Assembly (NCBI GenBank): GCA_031459535.1
Contig: JAVKIJ010000023.1
Location: 1-37,105 of the forward strand
DNA from: Candidatus Fervidifonticultor quintus
GTDB taxonomy: Bacteria > Sysuimicrobiota > Sysuimicrobiia > Sysuimicrobiales > Humicultoraceae
DNA: 37,105 bases
Reading direction: 5' to 3'
A program made the translations under genes and the position numbers. Numbering within the stretch: the stretch's first letter is position 1; each line of letters opens with the position of its first letter. Under the pieces are notes generated by a model that did no database searches, was not told the DNA's origin, and worked only from the letters and a program-made list of their open reading frames with translations. This document shows positions 8,910 through 18,450 of the stretch, in pieces.

Positions 8910-10756
8910 AACGGATGGCCGATGGTCACCCAGGTCTGGGTCCCTCCGGATCCCACGGCGTAGTCGATGCGGATGGCGCCGACGACGGTCTTGACGGTGA
9001 CGCCCAGACCGTACCCGACCTGGACGCCGCTCGCCGACACCGGTGCGTTGCCCACGTCCACGTAGGCGATGCCGGTGAAGTCGCGGAGCTGGCGGGCGAT
9101 GAATCCCAATGGGACGCGGTACTCGACGTTCAACAGGGCCACGCTGGACCCGCGCAGGCGGCCGCCCGGCAGGGCCCGTAGCGTGGAGGGGCCGCCGAGG
9201 GTGAACTGCTCCTGCAGGGGTAGCGTGCCGTAGCTGAAGCCCAGTAGCCCGCGGCCCACGATGACGCCGGACCCGGCGGGGAAGTAGCGCGCGTACTCGA
9301 CGCTGTGCTTGCCAAACCCGAACTCCCCGCCCAGGACCGGGAGGCCGAAATCGTTGGTCAGGCTGAGCCGCTGCCCCTTGGTGGGCGCGAGGCGGTCGTC
9401 CCGGCTATCTTTGACCCCGGTCAGGCTCAAGGCGATCGTCCGGCCAGGCGTGAAGAAGCTCGGCAGCCGCTTGAGGCAGGCCGGGTCGTCCGGATTGGTG
9501 TCGCAGGGCGGCGTCGTGGGGCTGAGGGGCAGCGCCGCGATGGTCGCGCGTTCGGACCGCAGGCGCAGCGTGAGCGCGGTCTGCGGGTCCACCGGCCGCG
9601 TGAACGCGATCGAGCTCCCCAGGCGATCCAGCGTGAACCGGGAGAAGAGCTCGGCGCCTTGATACTCGGCCTCGGCGGTGACCAACTGGTAGAGCGCTAC
9701 CTCCATCGAAGTCCCTCGCGCGTCGAGGTACGGCTCCCGGAAGCTGAGGACGTAGTTGGTGGTCACGGCCCCGCCGATCCCGGTACCGGTCAGGTTGCTG
9801 AGCCCTCGCTCGAAGCGGACGGTGAGGGCCTGGTTGCGGCCCTTCCAGTTCTTCTCGGTGTACTCCAGGAGACCGACCAGACCGGTCTGTTCGCTGTAGC
9901 CCAGGCCGAATCGCGCCTGCTGGGTTCGCTGCTCTTTGACTTCGATCTCCACCACCACGGCGTCGGGCGTGGAGCCCGGCCGCGGCCGCGCCTGCACCGA
10001 TTCGAACAGATCCAGGTTGACGAGCTGTTGCAGATCCTGGTTCAGCTCATTGACGTTGAAGATGCCGCCGACCTGGGTCTTGCGTCGGCGTGCCACCACG
10101 AAGGGCTGCGTCTTGGTCAGCCCCTTATACTCGATGGCCTCGATGCGTCCTTCAGCGACGCGCATCCGCAGCCGCGTGACGCCGTTGGCGACCACGCCCA
10201 CATCCGCCACGCGAGCGAGCACGTAGCCCCGCTCCTCGTAGAGCTTCTCCACGGCACGGGCGCCGTCGCGGAGCCTGACGACGTTGAGCACCTGCCCGGT
10301 GGGCACGTTCAGTGCCCGCAGGAGTTCAGCGGTGGCGATCCTCGTGTTGCCCTCGAGGACGATCTCGTGGATCAGAGGATTCTCCACCACGAGGAACGTC
10401 ACGCGGACGCCCTCGCGGGCCGGGTCCACGCGGACGTTGGCGTCGGCGAACCAGCCCGTGGCCACAATGTTGGCTACGTCAGCGCGCAGGCGCTCCTCGG
10501 ACAGCAACTCACCCACGCGCACGCCGACCGAGTCCAGCACCACGGACTGGGGTACGTGCTCGAGCCCTCGGACGGTCACCTCCACGACCTTGGGCGGGGG
10601 ACCGGGCGTGGGGGATGGTAGAGGCGATGGCTGGGAGCTGGGCGCCGGCTGGGGGGCAGGCGCCGGCTGCGCCAGCGCGCCCGATGCCACAGCCAGCACG
10701 AGAATCGCCACCGCGGCGGCAATGGTGCTCCGTCGCGAACACGCGCAGTGCGGCAA
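8906..10756 (-). CDS. bamA: Omp85/BamA outer membrane protein assembly factor (about 3 POTRA domains + barrel)
   Basis: TTG start with GAAGGAGG RBS, signal peptide, POTRA repeats (TGWFADA, YEERGY, LDLFESV), GLGYS..G, NWKGRNQ, IRIDYA and C-terminal IGHPF. Confidence 0.9.
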   Translation of the reverse strand: MPHCACSRRSTIAAAVAILVLAVASGALAQPAPAPQPAPSSQPSPLPSPTPGPPPKVVEVTVRGLEHVPQSVVLDSVGVRVGELLSEERLRADVANIVATGWFADANVRVDPAREGVRVTFLVVENPLIHEIVLEGNTRIATAELLRALNVPTGQVLNVVRLRDGARAVEKLYEERGYVLARVADVGVVANGVTRLRMRVAEGRIEAIEYKGLTKTQPFVVARRRKTQVGGIFNVNELNQDLQQLVNLDLFESVQARPRPGSTPDAVVVEIEVKEQRTQQARFGLGYSEQTGLVGLLEYTEKNWKGRNQALTVRFERGLSNLTGTGIGGAVTTNYVLSFREPYLDARGTSMEVALYQLVTAEAEYQGAELFSRFTLDRLGSSIAFTRPVDPQTALTLRLRSERATIAALPLSPTTPPCDTNPDDPACLKRLPSFFTPGRTIALSLTGVKDSRDDRLAPTKGQRLSLTNDFGLPVLGGEFGFGKHSVEYARYFPAGSGVIVGRGLLGFSYGTLPLQEQFTLGGPSTLRALPGGRLRGSSVALLNVEYRVPLGFIARQLRDFTGIAYVDVGNAPVSASGVQVGYGLGVTVKTVVGAIRIDYAVGSGGTQTWVTIGHPF

Positions 10757-10800
10757 GCGTTTCCTCCTTCAGCAGAAGACCACCGCGGATGGACGCGGTG

Positions 10801-11469
10801 CTATTGATTGCCCGCCCGGCGAAGCGAGCGCTCCGCCGCCAGGACCATGTCGATCACTTCGGCCTCGCTCAGCACGGCCGCAGCTGGCGCTGGCTGCGCC
10901 GCGGGAACGGGCGGCGCCACAGAGACCGCCGGCGGGGCGGGCACCGGTTGGACGACCGGTGGCGACCGCCACTCGGGCAGCGCGGCCGGCGCGCTGGGTG
11001 CGGGCGGCGCAACAGGCGCGGGCGGCGCGGCGCGGCGCGCGTGGGCGGGCACAGGCACGGGAATCCGGATGACTCTCGACTGGACGATTGTGCGCTCGGT
11101 GGGAGGCTGTGGTGCAGTCACCATCCGCAAGAGATCTCCGGTGCCCGATGCAAGCCTCAGGGTCGGCGCAACCGGCTGCGCGAGAGCAGCGGGGTCGGGC
11201 GGCAACGCCGCCACCAGCGAGAGGACAAGCACGACGCCGCCAAGGGCCAGTGCGGCCAGGGCGGCCCACGGCAGCCAGCACCGCGCCTGGGCCTCGGACC
11301 GCGCGGCCGCAAGCCCGGTCTCGCGAGCACGGTAGAGTTCGGCCTCAGCCAGGAGCATGGCCAGGGTGCCGCCGGCAACCTCCCCCTGTTGCAGCTGCCG
11401 ACGGGCCCGATCGAGCCAGTCCTCGGCGAAGACGATGCGCTCGGTCAGGGTGATCGTGTGCTTGTCCAT
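10801..11469 (-). CDS. Single-pass membrane protein with Pro/Ala-rich region; candidate anti-sigma factor
   Basis: N-terminal helical domain, one TM helix (LPWAALAALALGGVVLVLSLVAAL), PA-rich tail; directly downstream of the sigma gene; GGAGGAG RBS before ATG 11469. Confidence 0.6.
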   Translation of the reverse strand: MDKHTITLTERIVFAEDWLDRARRQLQQGEVAGGTLAMLLAEAELYRARETGLAAARSEAQARCWLPWAALAALALGGVVLVLSLVAALPPDPAALAQPVAPTLRLASGTGDLLRMVTAPQPPTERTIVQSRVIRIPVPVPAHARRAAPPAPVAPPAPSAPAALPEWRSPPVVQPVPAPPAVSVAPPVPAAQPAPAAAVLSEAEVIDMVLAAERSLRRAGNQ

Positions 11470-11498
11470 CGTCTCTCCTCCCAGCCGCGGCTCCACCT

Positions 11499-12149
11499 CT
11501 AGTATCCGGAGGCGCGCTGCGGCCGGTGCACGTGCTCGAACCCAAGCAGTGCCCGCAGGTGATCTACGGCCTGCTTCTGGAGCCGGTAGAAATGTGACAG
11601 GCTGATACGCAGCTCACTGGCCGCGCGCCGCGGCGGCGTGGCGCCCACCACCGCGCGCAGCACCGCCCGCTCGCGGGGCGGGAGCCGGTCTATGACGTCC
11701 AGGACCCGCGCGACCACCGCGCGGTCCTCGATGCGGGCCAGCTCCGCGGCGGTCCCGGAATCGGCCAGCGCGTGGAACGGCGCGCCCTCGTCACCGGAGT
11801 CGAGCGCCTGATCCAGCGAAACATCTGCCCTGATGCGATCCAGCGCGTTGAGAACCCGGCCCCGGATGCGGTAGGACGCAAACGTCGAGAACCGCACCCC
11901 CCGGTTCGGGTCGAACCGCTCGACGGATTCGATCAGCCCCACGGCCCCCTCCTGAATCAGGTCCATCAGGAGGGGCTCTGGCGGACGCAGGCCCATCACG
12001 AGCTTGAAGACCAGCGGCTGGTAGGCCTCGATGAGCCGTCGCCGGCTGTCGAGATCGCCAGCGCGCCGATACGCCTGCCACAGCGCGGCCTCTTGGGGCG
12101 GATCCAGCAGCACCACCTTCTGCAGTTCACGCACGTAGTCGTCAAACAT
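11499..12149 (-). CDS. Alternative (group 3-like) RNA polymerase sigma-70 factor
   Basis: Region 1.2 YVREL..LL, region 2 DLIQEGAVGLIESVERFDPNRGVRFSTFASYRIRG, region 4 LPPRER..ISLSHFYRLQKQA. Confidence 0.9.
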   Translation of the reverse strand: MFDDYVRELQKVVLLDPPQEAALWQAYRRAGDLDSRRRLIEAYQPLVFKLVMGLRPPEPLLMDLIQEGAVGLIESVERFDPNRGVRFSTFASYRIRGRVLNALDRIRADVSLDQALDSGDEGAPFHALADSGTAAELARIEDRAVVARVLDVIDRLPPRERAVLRAVVGATPPRRAASELRISLSHFYRLQKQAVDHLRALLGFEHVHRPQRASGY

Positions 12150-12227
12150 GCCCGGGCATGCCTCCGGCGAGACTCGGGCTCCGTTCTGGGAGCCTTCGAC
12201 CTGGCGGCCTCGAGTCCTGTCAGAACG

Positions 12228-15200
12228 TCAGAAACGCGTCGTGTACCAGACCACGGCAGCGCGCTGACCCTCGGGCCCCAGCCGCAGTGCCGCCTGCCAG
12301 CCGCGCGCGAACCGGTACTCCATCGCCCACAGCCAGTTCGGCGTGTCGTCGAAGATCTTGAACGCAGTGAGATACAGGTTCGGCAGCAACGCCTTGCCGA
12401 TGGTCAGCCGCAGCGGGCGATCGAACTCGTACTCTATGGTCAACTCCGACAGTCCGAGCGCGCGGCCCAGGGCCATGGTCGCGGGCGCGAAGAGGCGGCG
12501 ACTGATCTCCGCGCGCAGTAGCCCCGTGACATCCCCGGTGAGCAACTGGGAGATCCCGGCCTGCCGGCCCAGCAGCCCAACGATCTCCGAGCGCGGCAGC
12601 GGCGGGTCGGATTCCAGGTCCAGGGTTAGCGCATCGGGGGCGACCCCGCGTACGGTGAGCATGATCGCGGTGGATCCCACGCGGGTCGCGGCGCGCGCGA
12701 GCACTTGCGGCCGGATACCCAGCACCGGGCGGAACGTGGCTTCGCCTTCCTGCAAGTCGAACGCGTTGCCCAGCGCCACCACTGTGCCGCGCTGGGCTTC
12801 CACGGTGCCTTCCAGTCTCGGAGCCTGCGGGGTACCGCTCAGCGTCAGAGCACCCTCGGGCTTCAGGACGAACCGCAGATCACCGACACGCACCGCCAGA
12901 TCGCGGCCGGCATCCACCTGCAGCCCCTGGAAGGCCAGGGGTACGCCGTGGCCCGGCCCCTGGCCGCTCCCTGACGGCGCGGGAGCCGTCACCGCCACCG
13001 TCCCCTCTGACGCGACGAGGTGCCCGCCGAGCGTCGGCGGCCGACGGCGGTCGCCCAGCGTCCCCCAGAGCCGGAGGGTACCGTCGAGGCGCGCATCGAC
13101 GATCGGTGGCACGACCATGCGTATCCCTGCAGCCTGCAGCGAAAGCGGCGCCTCCGGTGCGGCCTCCAACAACATGCCATTGGAAGGCGACAGCGACAGG
13201 CGCATGGTCCCGTCCAACCGCGCCTGCCCACCGCCGACTCGCGCCGTGCCCTGGGTCACGCGGACCGTACCCTCGTCGACGTGCAGCCCGAGGTCGAGCG
13301 CTTCGATGTCGGTCCCCATGCCCCGGAACCGCACCGATCCGCCGCGGGCGCGGATCTGCCCGGCAAGGCGCGGCGACGCGATCGTTCCGGTCACCGACAG
13401 CGCCCCCTCGACCGGTCCCCTGGCTGCGTCCACCCGATCGGTGAGGAGTCGCAGCAGGCTCAGGTCCACGTCCGCCAGCGTCAGCCGCAGGTCCAGCGGC
13501 GCCTGCGGATCGACCCGAAAACTCTTGGGGTTGAACGGCACGCTGCCAGACGCCCGCAGCTTGTGGCCGTTCTGCACCAGCAGGCCCTGCACGAGCTGCA
13601 GGACGCCGTCCCGGTAGAATCCAGCGGCCACGAGGGAATCGAAGGTCGCACCCTCGAGCCCGCCCCTGGTGATCTCCAGGTCCAGGCCCAGCTCCGGGCT
13701 CGCCAGCGTGCCGCCGAGCTGCACCGTGAAGTCCAGGCGGCCCAGCAACGGCCGACGGAACCGGAACACCGGGCGCAGGACGTCCAGTTCGAGATCCGAC
13801 CCGCTGACCTCGATCTGGCTGGCTCCGCGGAGGTCGTACCGGCCGGTGGCGGCGATCCGGCCCCGGCGCAACACGAACTCAAGGTCCTGGATCGTCACGC
13901 TTCCGTGCTCGAGGACGAGATCCGCACGCCCGCTGAGCGGGTGGTCCCCCAGATACCCGGAAGCGAGTTTTAGGTCCAGCCGCGCGGCCGGATTCGCGAG
14001 CGGTCCTTCCAGCGAGGCGACACCGGTAATGGTGCCGTCCAGCGGCATCGTCAATCGGACCCCGGCGAGCCCGAGCAAGGTGGACAGCCGGCCATCGGTC
14101 ACCGTCGAGGTCAGGGAGATGCCCGGCACCGACGCCAGGGTGAGGCTGCCGCGCAACTCGTACTGTTCACCGTTGACGCGCAGCGCCAGCGGTTCGACGC
14201 TCAGCGTGCGGTCCGCCCATCGCAGCACACCCATGGCCTGCGTGAAGCGCAGGCCCCCTGCCGTCAGGTTCGCGGAGGTGGCCTCAACAGCCAGCACCGG
14301 CGAATTGATCCTGCCTGTGATCCGCCCTCTCGCGTCCAGTTGGCCCTCGATTCGCGTGGGCCCGATGACAGGGTGCGCGACGTCGCGCAGGTCGAGTCCC
14401 GCTGCCGTCAGGTCCAGCGCCAGACCGGTGAGCCGATCTACCGATCCGGCCAGGTGGACCTCCGAACGATTCCGCCGCGCCCGGGCGTTGGCCAGGGTCA
14501 GACGCCGGCCGTCCCACTGGAATTCCGCCGAGGCCTCATCGATCTTCTGGCCGAGCACCTCGGCTTCGCGCAGCGTTACCGCGCCGCTCACCCGGGGTCG
14601 GGTGGCCGCCCCCTCGACCCGAGCGCGGCCCGTGACAATGCCACCCACCGGCAGCTCGAACCCGCCCAGACGCCTCAGATCGCCGGCGGCGGCGCGCTCG
14701 GCCTCGAGGTCCACGGCGATTTGCCTGCCCACCGTGCCCGAAGCCCGATAGCGAGCCCAACCTGATCTCGCGGAGGCGTCCTCCAGACGCAGCCGGTCGG
14801 CCTGGTAGACGATCCGACCCCACGCCGAGTCCACAGGGAGCCCGGCGATGTGCCCGCGGCCCATCTGCACGAGGCCGCTGATCTGGGGCGCCCGGACTGT
14901 ACCATCGATCGTGCCGGCAAAATCCATCTGGCCGTCCAGGCGCGTTGCCACCGACGGGACCGGCAGGGCTGATGCGTCAGCGGCACCGGCCAGCGCCCGC
15001 AGGTCCAGGGCGCCGCCGGCGGAGATGGTGCCGCTGGCCGACACCCGAAAGGAGTGACCGCGGGCCCGCAGGTGATCGATCGTCAGGCCCGTAGGATCGG
15101 AGCGAAACGACGCCTCGAGTTCGTCGAGCGGAATCCCGCGCAGGCGCGCACTCGCTGCTCGCACCTGCCCGGTGACTTCGAGCGCACCTCCGCCGCGCGC

Positions 15201-16628
15201 GGCGGTCAACGTACCCCGCACCGGGCCGTCGAACGTCGGAACGGCGATCGGCGCCCATCGCCGCACAAGTGACGCGTCCGCGCCGTCGACGTCCAGCGAG
15301 AGGAAGAACCGCGGTGAGCCCAGCGTGAGGAGGCCGCCGCCGCTCACTGCAGCGCCGGCTACGCGACCGCGTCCCTGCGTCAGGCTCAGCAGGCCGCCGT
15401 AGAGCGTGATGTCCGCTGAGGCCTGCTCAAAGGGCAGCCGATCGAAGCGTCCACGGGCCGCGGCGATCCGCCCTTCCAATCGCGGCGCGCCCATGGGCCC
15501 GGTGACCCGGACCTCTCCCCGCGCCACCCCTGACAACCGTGACGCCAGTCCCGGGAAGAACAGGCGTCCCAGGGCCGCGAGGTCCGCGGCATCGGAACGG
15601 ACGGCCAGATCGAGCCGCGGCTCACCGTAGAAGGCCGCTTCGCCGCGCACCTCCACGCGCGACCCGTTGAGGATGCCGCGCACGCCCGGCGTGGTCAGCG
15701 TGCCGTCAGCCACGTGCACCTCGCCCTCGACGGCCCAGAGCACGGCGCCGCGTGCCGGGAAGGCGGCGGCCCCGCCGTGGATCGCCAGGCGTCCGGAGAC
15801 GTCGAAGCGGACGCCAGCATCCGTTCGCGTCCTCAGCACATGCAACCTGGGATCCACCTGGCCCCGGGTGACGCGGAAGCCTGGCGTGCTGAGGATGTAC
15901 CGCGCCCACGGCGCCGCCTCGACGCCGGAGGCGTCCAGGTCGAGATCGAGGAGGTGGCCGTCGAGGTGGTAGGCGCCTCGTAGCCGGCCAGGAGCGCGCC
16001 GGCCTGCGCGTTCCTCGACGAAGGACGCTCGAAACATCAGCCGCGGGCTGCTGGCGAAGTCCGCCGTCCCGTTCACGTCCGCGAAACGGGCATCGAACCC
16101 CCGGGGGGCCAGACGGGCGCGATCGACGAGGAGGACGACGCCGTTCATCACCCTCAGCCGGCCGGTGAACCCCGACGCCGCGCCGGCGCGCTGGTGCGAG
16201 GGCAACAAGTCCGCCACGCTCCAGCGGCCCGCAGCGTCCCGCGTCACGCGCAGGACCGGATCGTCAACGAGCATCTCGGTGATGTTCCCTGCAATACTGG
16301 GAGCCAGGCCGCGCCGGCCCAGCAGGTCACGGAGCATCGCCCGGACGTCCAGATGGATGGTGATGCGGCGCGCCGCCAAGAGCGGCGGCTCCCCGGCTCG
16401 GGTCGAGGGGATTCGGATGTGCTCGAAGAGTATGCCGCGCCACGCGTCGCCAGAGACCTGGCCGATCTCGATCTCGCGGCGCAGCACCGCGGAGAGGGCA
16501 ACCGTGGCCATCGCGCGCGAGCGAAGCGAGAGCGCACCGACGAGCCACGATGCGGCGGCGCCCGTGGCGGCCAGGGCGACTATGAAGGCGATGACGGCCG
16601 TCGTCGCGGCGGTCGAGCGTCCGGCCAC
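12228..16628 (-). CDS. tamB: TamB/AsmA-like translocation and assembly module protein
   Basis: About 1470 aa, N-terminal anchor, repeated Gly-rich beta segments, DUF490-like C-terminus (LESDPPLPRSEIVGLL ... YTTRF); GTG 16628 with GGAGG RBS chosen as start. Confidence 0.85.
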   Translation of the reverse strand: MAGRSTAATTAVIAFIVALAATGAAASWLVGALSLRSRAMATVALSAVLRREIEIGQVSGDAWRGILFEHIRIPSTRAGEPPLLAARRITIHLDVRAMLRDLLGRRGLAPSIAGNITEMLVDDPVLRVTRDAAGRWSVADLLPSHQRAGAASGFTGRLRVMNGVVLLVDRARLAPRGFDARFADVNGTADFASSPRLMFRASFVEERAGRRAPGRLRGAYHLDGHLLDLDLDASGVEAAPWARYILSTPGFRVTRGQVDPRLHVLRTRTDAGVRFDVSGRLAIHGGAAAFPARGAVLWAVEGEVHVADGTLTTPGVRGILNGSRVEVRGEAAFYGEPRLDLAVRSDAADLAALGRLFFPGLASRLSGVARGEVRVTGPMGAPRLEGRIAAARGRFDRLPFEQASADITLYGGLLSLTQGRGRVAGAAVSGGGLLTLGSPRFFLSLDVDGADASLVRRWAPIAVPTFDGPVRGTLTAARGGGALEVTGQVRAASARLRGIPLDELEASFRSDPTGLTIDHLRARGHSFRVSASGTISAGGALDLRALAGAADASALPVPSVATRLDGQMDFAGTIDGTVRAPQISGLVQMGRGHIAGLPVDSAWGRIVYQADRLRLEDASARSGWARYRASGTVGRQIAVDLEAERAAAGDLRRLGGFELPVGGIVTGRARVEGAATRPRVSGAVTLREAEVLGQKIDEASAEFQWDGRRLTLANARARRNRSEVHLAGSVDRLTGLALDLTAAGLDLRDVAHPVIGPTRIEGQLDARGRITGRINSPVLAVEATSANLTAGGLRFTQAMGVLRWADRTLSVEPLALRVNGEQYELRGSLTLASVPGISLTSTVTDGRLSTLLGLAGVRLTMPLDGTITGVASLEGPLANPAARLDLKLASGYLGDHPLSGRADLVLEHGSVTIQDLEFVLRRGRIAATGRYDLRGASQIEVSGSDLELDVLRPVFRFRRPLLGRLDFTVQLGGTLASPELGLDLEITRGGLEGATFDSLVAAGFYRDGVLQLVQGLLVQNGHKLRASGSVPFNPKSFRVDPQAPLDLRLTLADVDLSLLRLLTDRVDAARGPVEGALSVTGTIASPRLAGQIRARGGSVRFRGMGTDIEALDLGLHVDEGTVRVTQGTARVGGGQARLDGTMRLSLSPSNGMLLEAAPEAPLSLQAAGIRMVVPPIVDARLDGTLRLWGTLGDRRRPPTLGGHLVASEGTVAVTAPAPSGSGQGPGHGVPLAFQGLQVDAGRDLAVRVGDLRFVLKPEGALTLSGTPQAPRLEGTVEAQRGTVVALGNAFDLQEGEATFRPVLGIRPQVLARAATRVGSTAIMLTVRGVAPDALTLDLESDPPLPRSEIVGLLGRQAGISQLLTGDVTGLLRAEISRRLFAPATMALGRALGLSELTIEYEFDRPLRLTIGKALLPNLYLTAFKIFDDTPNWLWAMEYRFARGWQAALRLGPEGQRAAVVWYTTRF

Positions 16629-16650
16629 CAGCGGGCCTCCCTGCGGTGAT

Positions 16651-18450
16651 CTATTGCGAGTCGACCGCGACCGGAAGCTGTACGCGCCCCCGCACCACCC
16701 ACGAGGTGGCCGCGCGGGTCCGCACGGTCTGCACCGGCGAGTCGCCCGTCCCATCCGGGATACGAGCGGCACCGGGGATCAGTTCGACCACAAGATCGGT
16801 GTTGCGGTCGCGGTCGGCGAAGCTGGCGAGCTGCGCGGCTGCAGACGCCGCCGGCGCCTCGACGGGCTCGGAGGCCAGCAGCGCGGCCAGTCCTTGCTCG
16901 GGCATCGCCCGTCCACCGGCCCGCACCAGCACCGTGGCGGCCCCGAGCGGGAACGCCTCGGGCACAGCCAGCTCAATGCTGCGCGTGGTGGACGCTCCTT
17001 GGAACGGCCGCAGCGCGATCTTCACCACGAGGACATCGCCGCGGCGCACCCGTCGGGTGTGAAGCGTCGCCTCGGTGATCACGGCGGTCTGGCGGCTCGC
17101 TTCGACCTCCGCCTCGATCTGGACGTCCACGGGCCCGACCGGCACAAACTCGTTGGCAAACAGCAGCCGCAGCGCCTCGGGGAGCTCCAGCAGGGCCGCG
17201 GATCCGATGTCGCGACTGTGATAGAACACGTTCTCGCGCACCAGCGGTCGGTCCAGACCGCGGCCGCGCAGAGTCAGCCTCACGCGGGCCGTGCCTTCCC
17301 CGATCCGGTCGAGTGCCCGGTCCGTGGCCTCGACGGCCGACGCCAGCGCCAGCGCCGGGCCGAGCTGGCGATCGCTGGCCACGCGGATGCCCATGATGGC
17401 CGTGCGACCGCGATCTCGATCCGTCACGGATGCCCGCACGGCGACCAGCGGTGGGAGGACCCCCACTCGACCCCCGATCGCTGCACGGCGGTCCTCGGTG
17501 ATGATCCCCACCGGTCCGCCTGCCGACCCGATCTTGAAGGGGAAAGCCGCACTGCGCACGACCCCATGGATCACGGCCGGCGTCAGCAGGAACGCTGCTG
17601 GCCCCCGATTCAGGAAGGGATGGCCAAAGCCTAGGATGAGATCGCCCTGCCGGTAGGTCAGCGTACCGATGGCGACCGCGTTCAGATCACCCCGCATCAC
17701 CTGCACGCCGATGGCACTGCCCGGGACGAGCGCCGGCCGGTCTTCCGTGGATGAGCCGGTCGCGCCCTCGACGAGCACCAGCCCCATGGCATCGAACTGG
17801 TGCTGCAACACCTGCCTTGCGCGAGGACCGGCGCCCGACAGCAGCAGGGGCCTGGCCAGCGGGACCATGACCGCGGTGCGCGGCGCTTCCGCCTCACGCC
17901 GCGCGGCCGCTTCCCGCGTCGGCGCTAGGGCCACATGGGTCAGGATGTGTCCGTCGACATCCACCGGGCGTGGCAGGGGCCGATGCGCGATCGGCGGGAT
18001 GACGCGATCCCCCGCCCGACGGCCCGGCAGGGCCCGAAGCATGTCTGCGATGGGTGTCACCAACCCAATCGAGTGATCGGAGAACGCCCAGCCGAACCCG
18101 ATAGCGCCCACCAGGCGGCCGCCGATGAAGACCGGGCTCCCGCTCATACCAGCGGCGATGCCCCCGCTACGCTGGATCAGCGGGCCCGATGCCCGGACGA
18201 GGATGAGATCGCCCGCCGGCCCGGACCCGGGTACGATCGAGAGCACCTCGATATCGAACGGCTCGACGGTAGTGCCCCGGACGACCGTGAGCGCCCGGCC
18301 TCGCATCCCGGGCCGGACCTCCGACAACGGCATCCAGGACGCTGGCGCCGCGCCCAGCCCCCGGGGAAGCTGAGCCAGCAACAACCCCGCGATCAGCAGC
18401 AACAGGGCCGGGCCGGTGACTCGCCTGTGCCCACGTGTCGCCGCGTTCAT
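16651..18450 (-). CDS. SpoIVB-like peptidase S55 domain protein, exported
   Basis: GM.G..LTV..GT..E.F..E, GIAAGMSGSPV, GFGHPF; signal peptide. Confidence 0.88.
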   Translation of the reverse strand: MNAATRGHRRVTGPALLLLIAGLLLAQLPRGLGAAPASWMPLSEVRPGMRGRALTVVRGTTVEPFDIEVLSIVPGSGPAGDLILVRASGPLIQRSGGIAAGMSGSPVFIGGRLVGAIGFGWAFSDHSIGLVTPIADMLRALPGRRAGDRVIPPIAHRPLPRPVDVDGHILTHVALAPTREAAARREAEAPRTAVMVPLARPLLLSGAGPRARQVLQHQFDAMGLVLVEGATGSSTEDRPALVPGSAIGVQVMRGDLNAVAIGTLTYRQGDLILGFGHPFLNRGPAAFLLTPAVIHGVVRSAAFPFKIGSAGGPVGIITEDRRAAIGGRVGVLPPLVAVRASVTDRDRGRTAIMGIRVASDRQLGPALALASAVEATDRALDRIGEGTARVRLTLRGRGLDRPLVRENVFYHSRDIGSAALLELPEALRLLFANEFVPVGPVDVQIEAEVEASRQTAVITEATLHTRRVRRGDVLVVKIALRPFQGASTTRSIELAVPEAFPLGAATVLVRAGGRAMPEQGLAALLASEPVEAPAASAAAQLASFADRDRNTDLVVELIPGAARIPDGTGDSPVQTVRTRAATSWVVRGRVQLPVAVDSQ

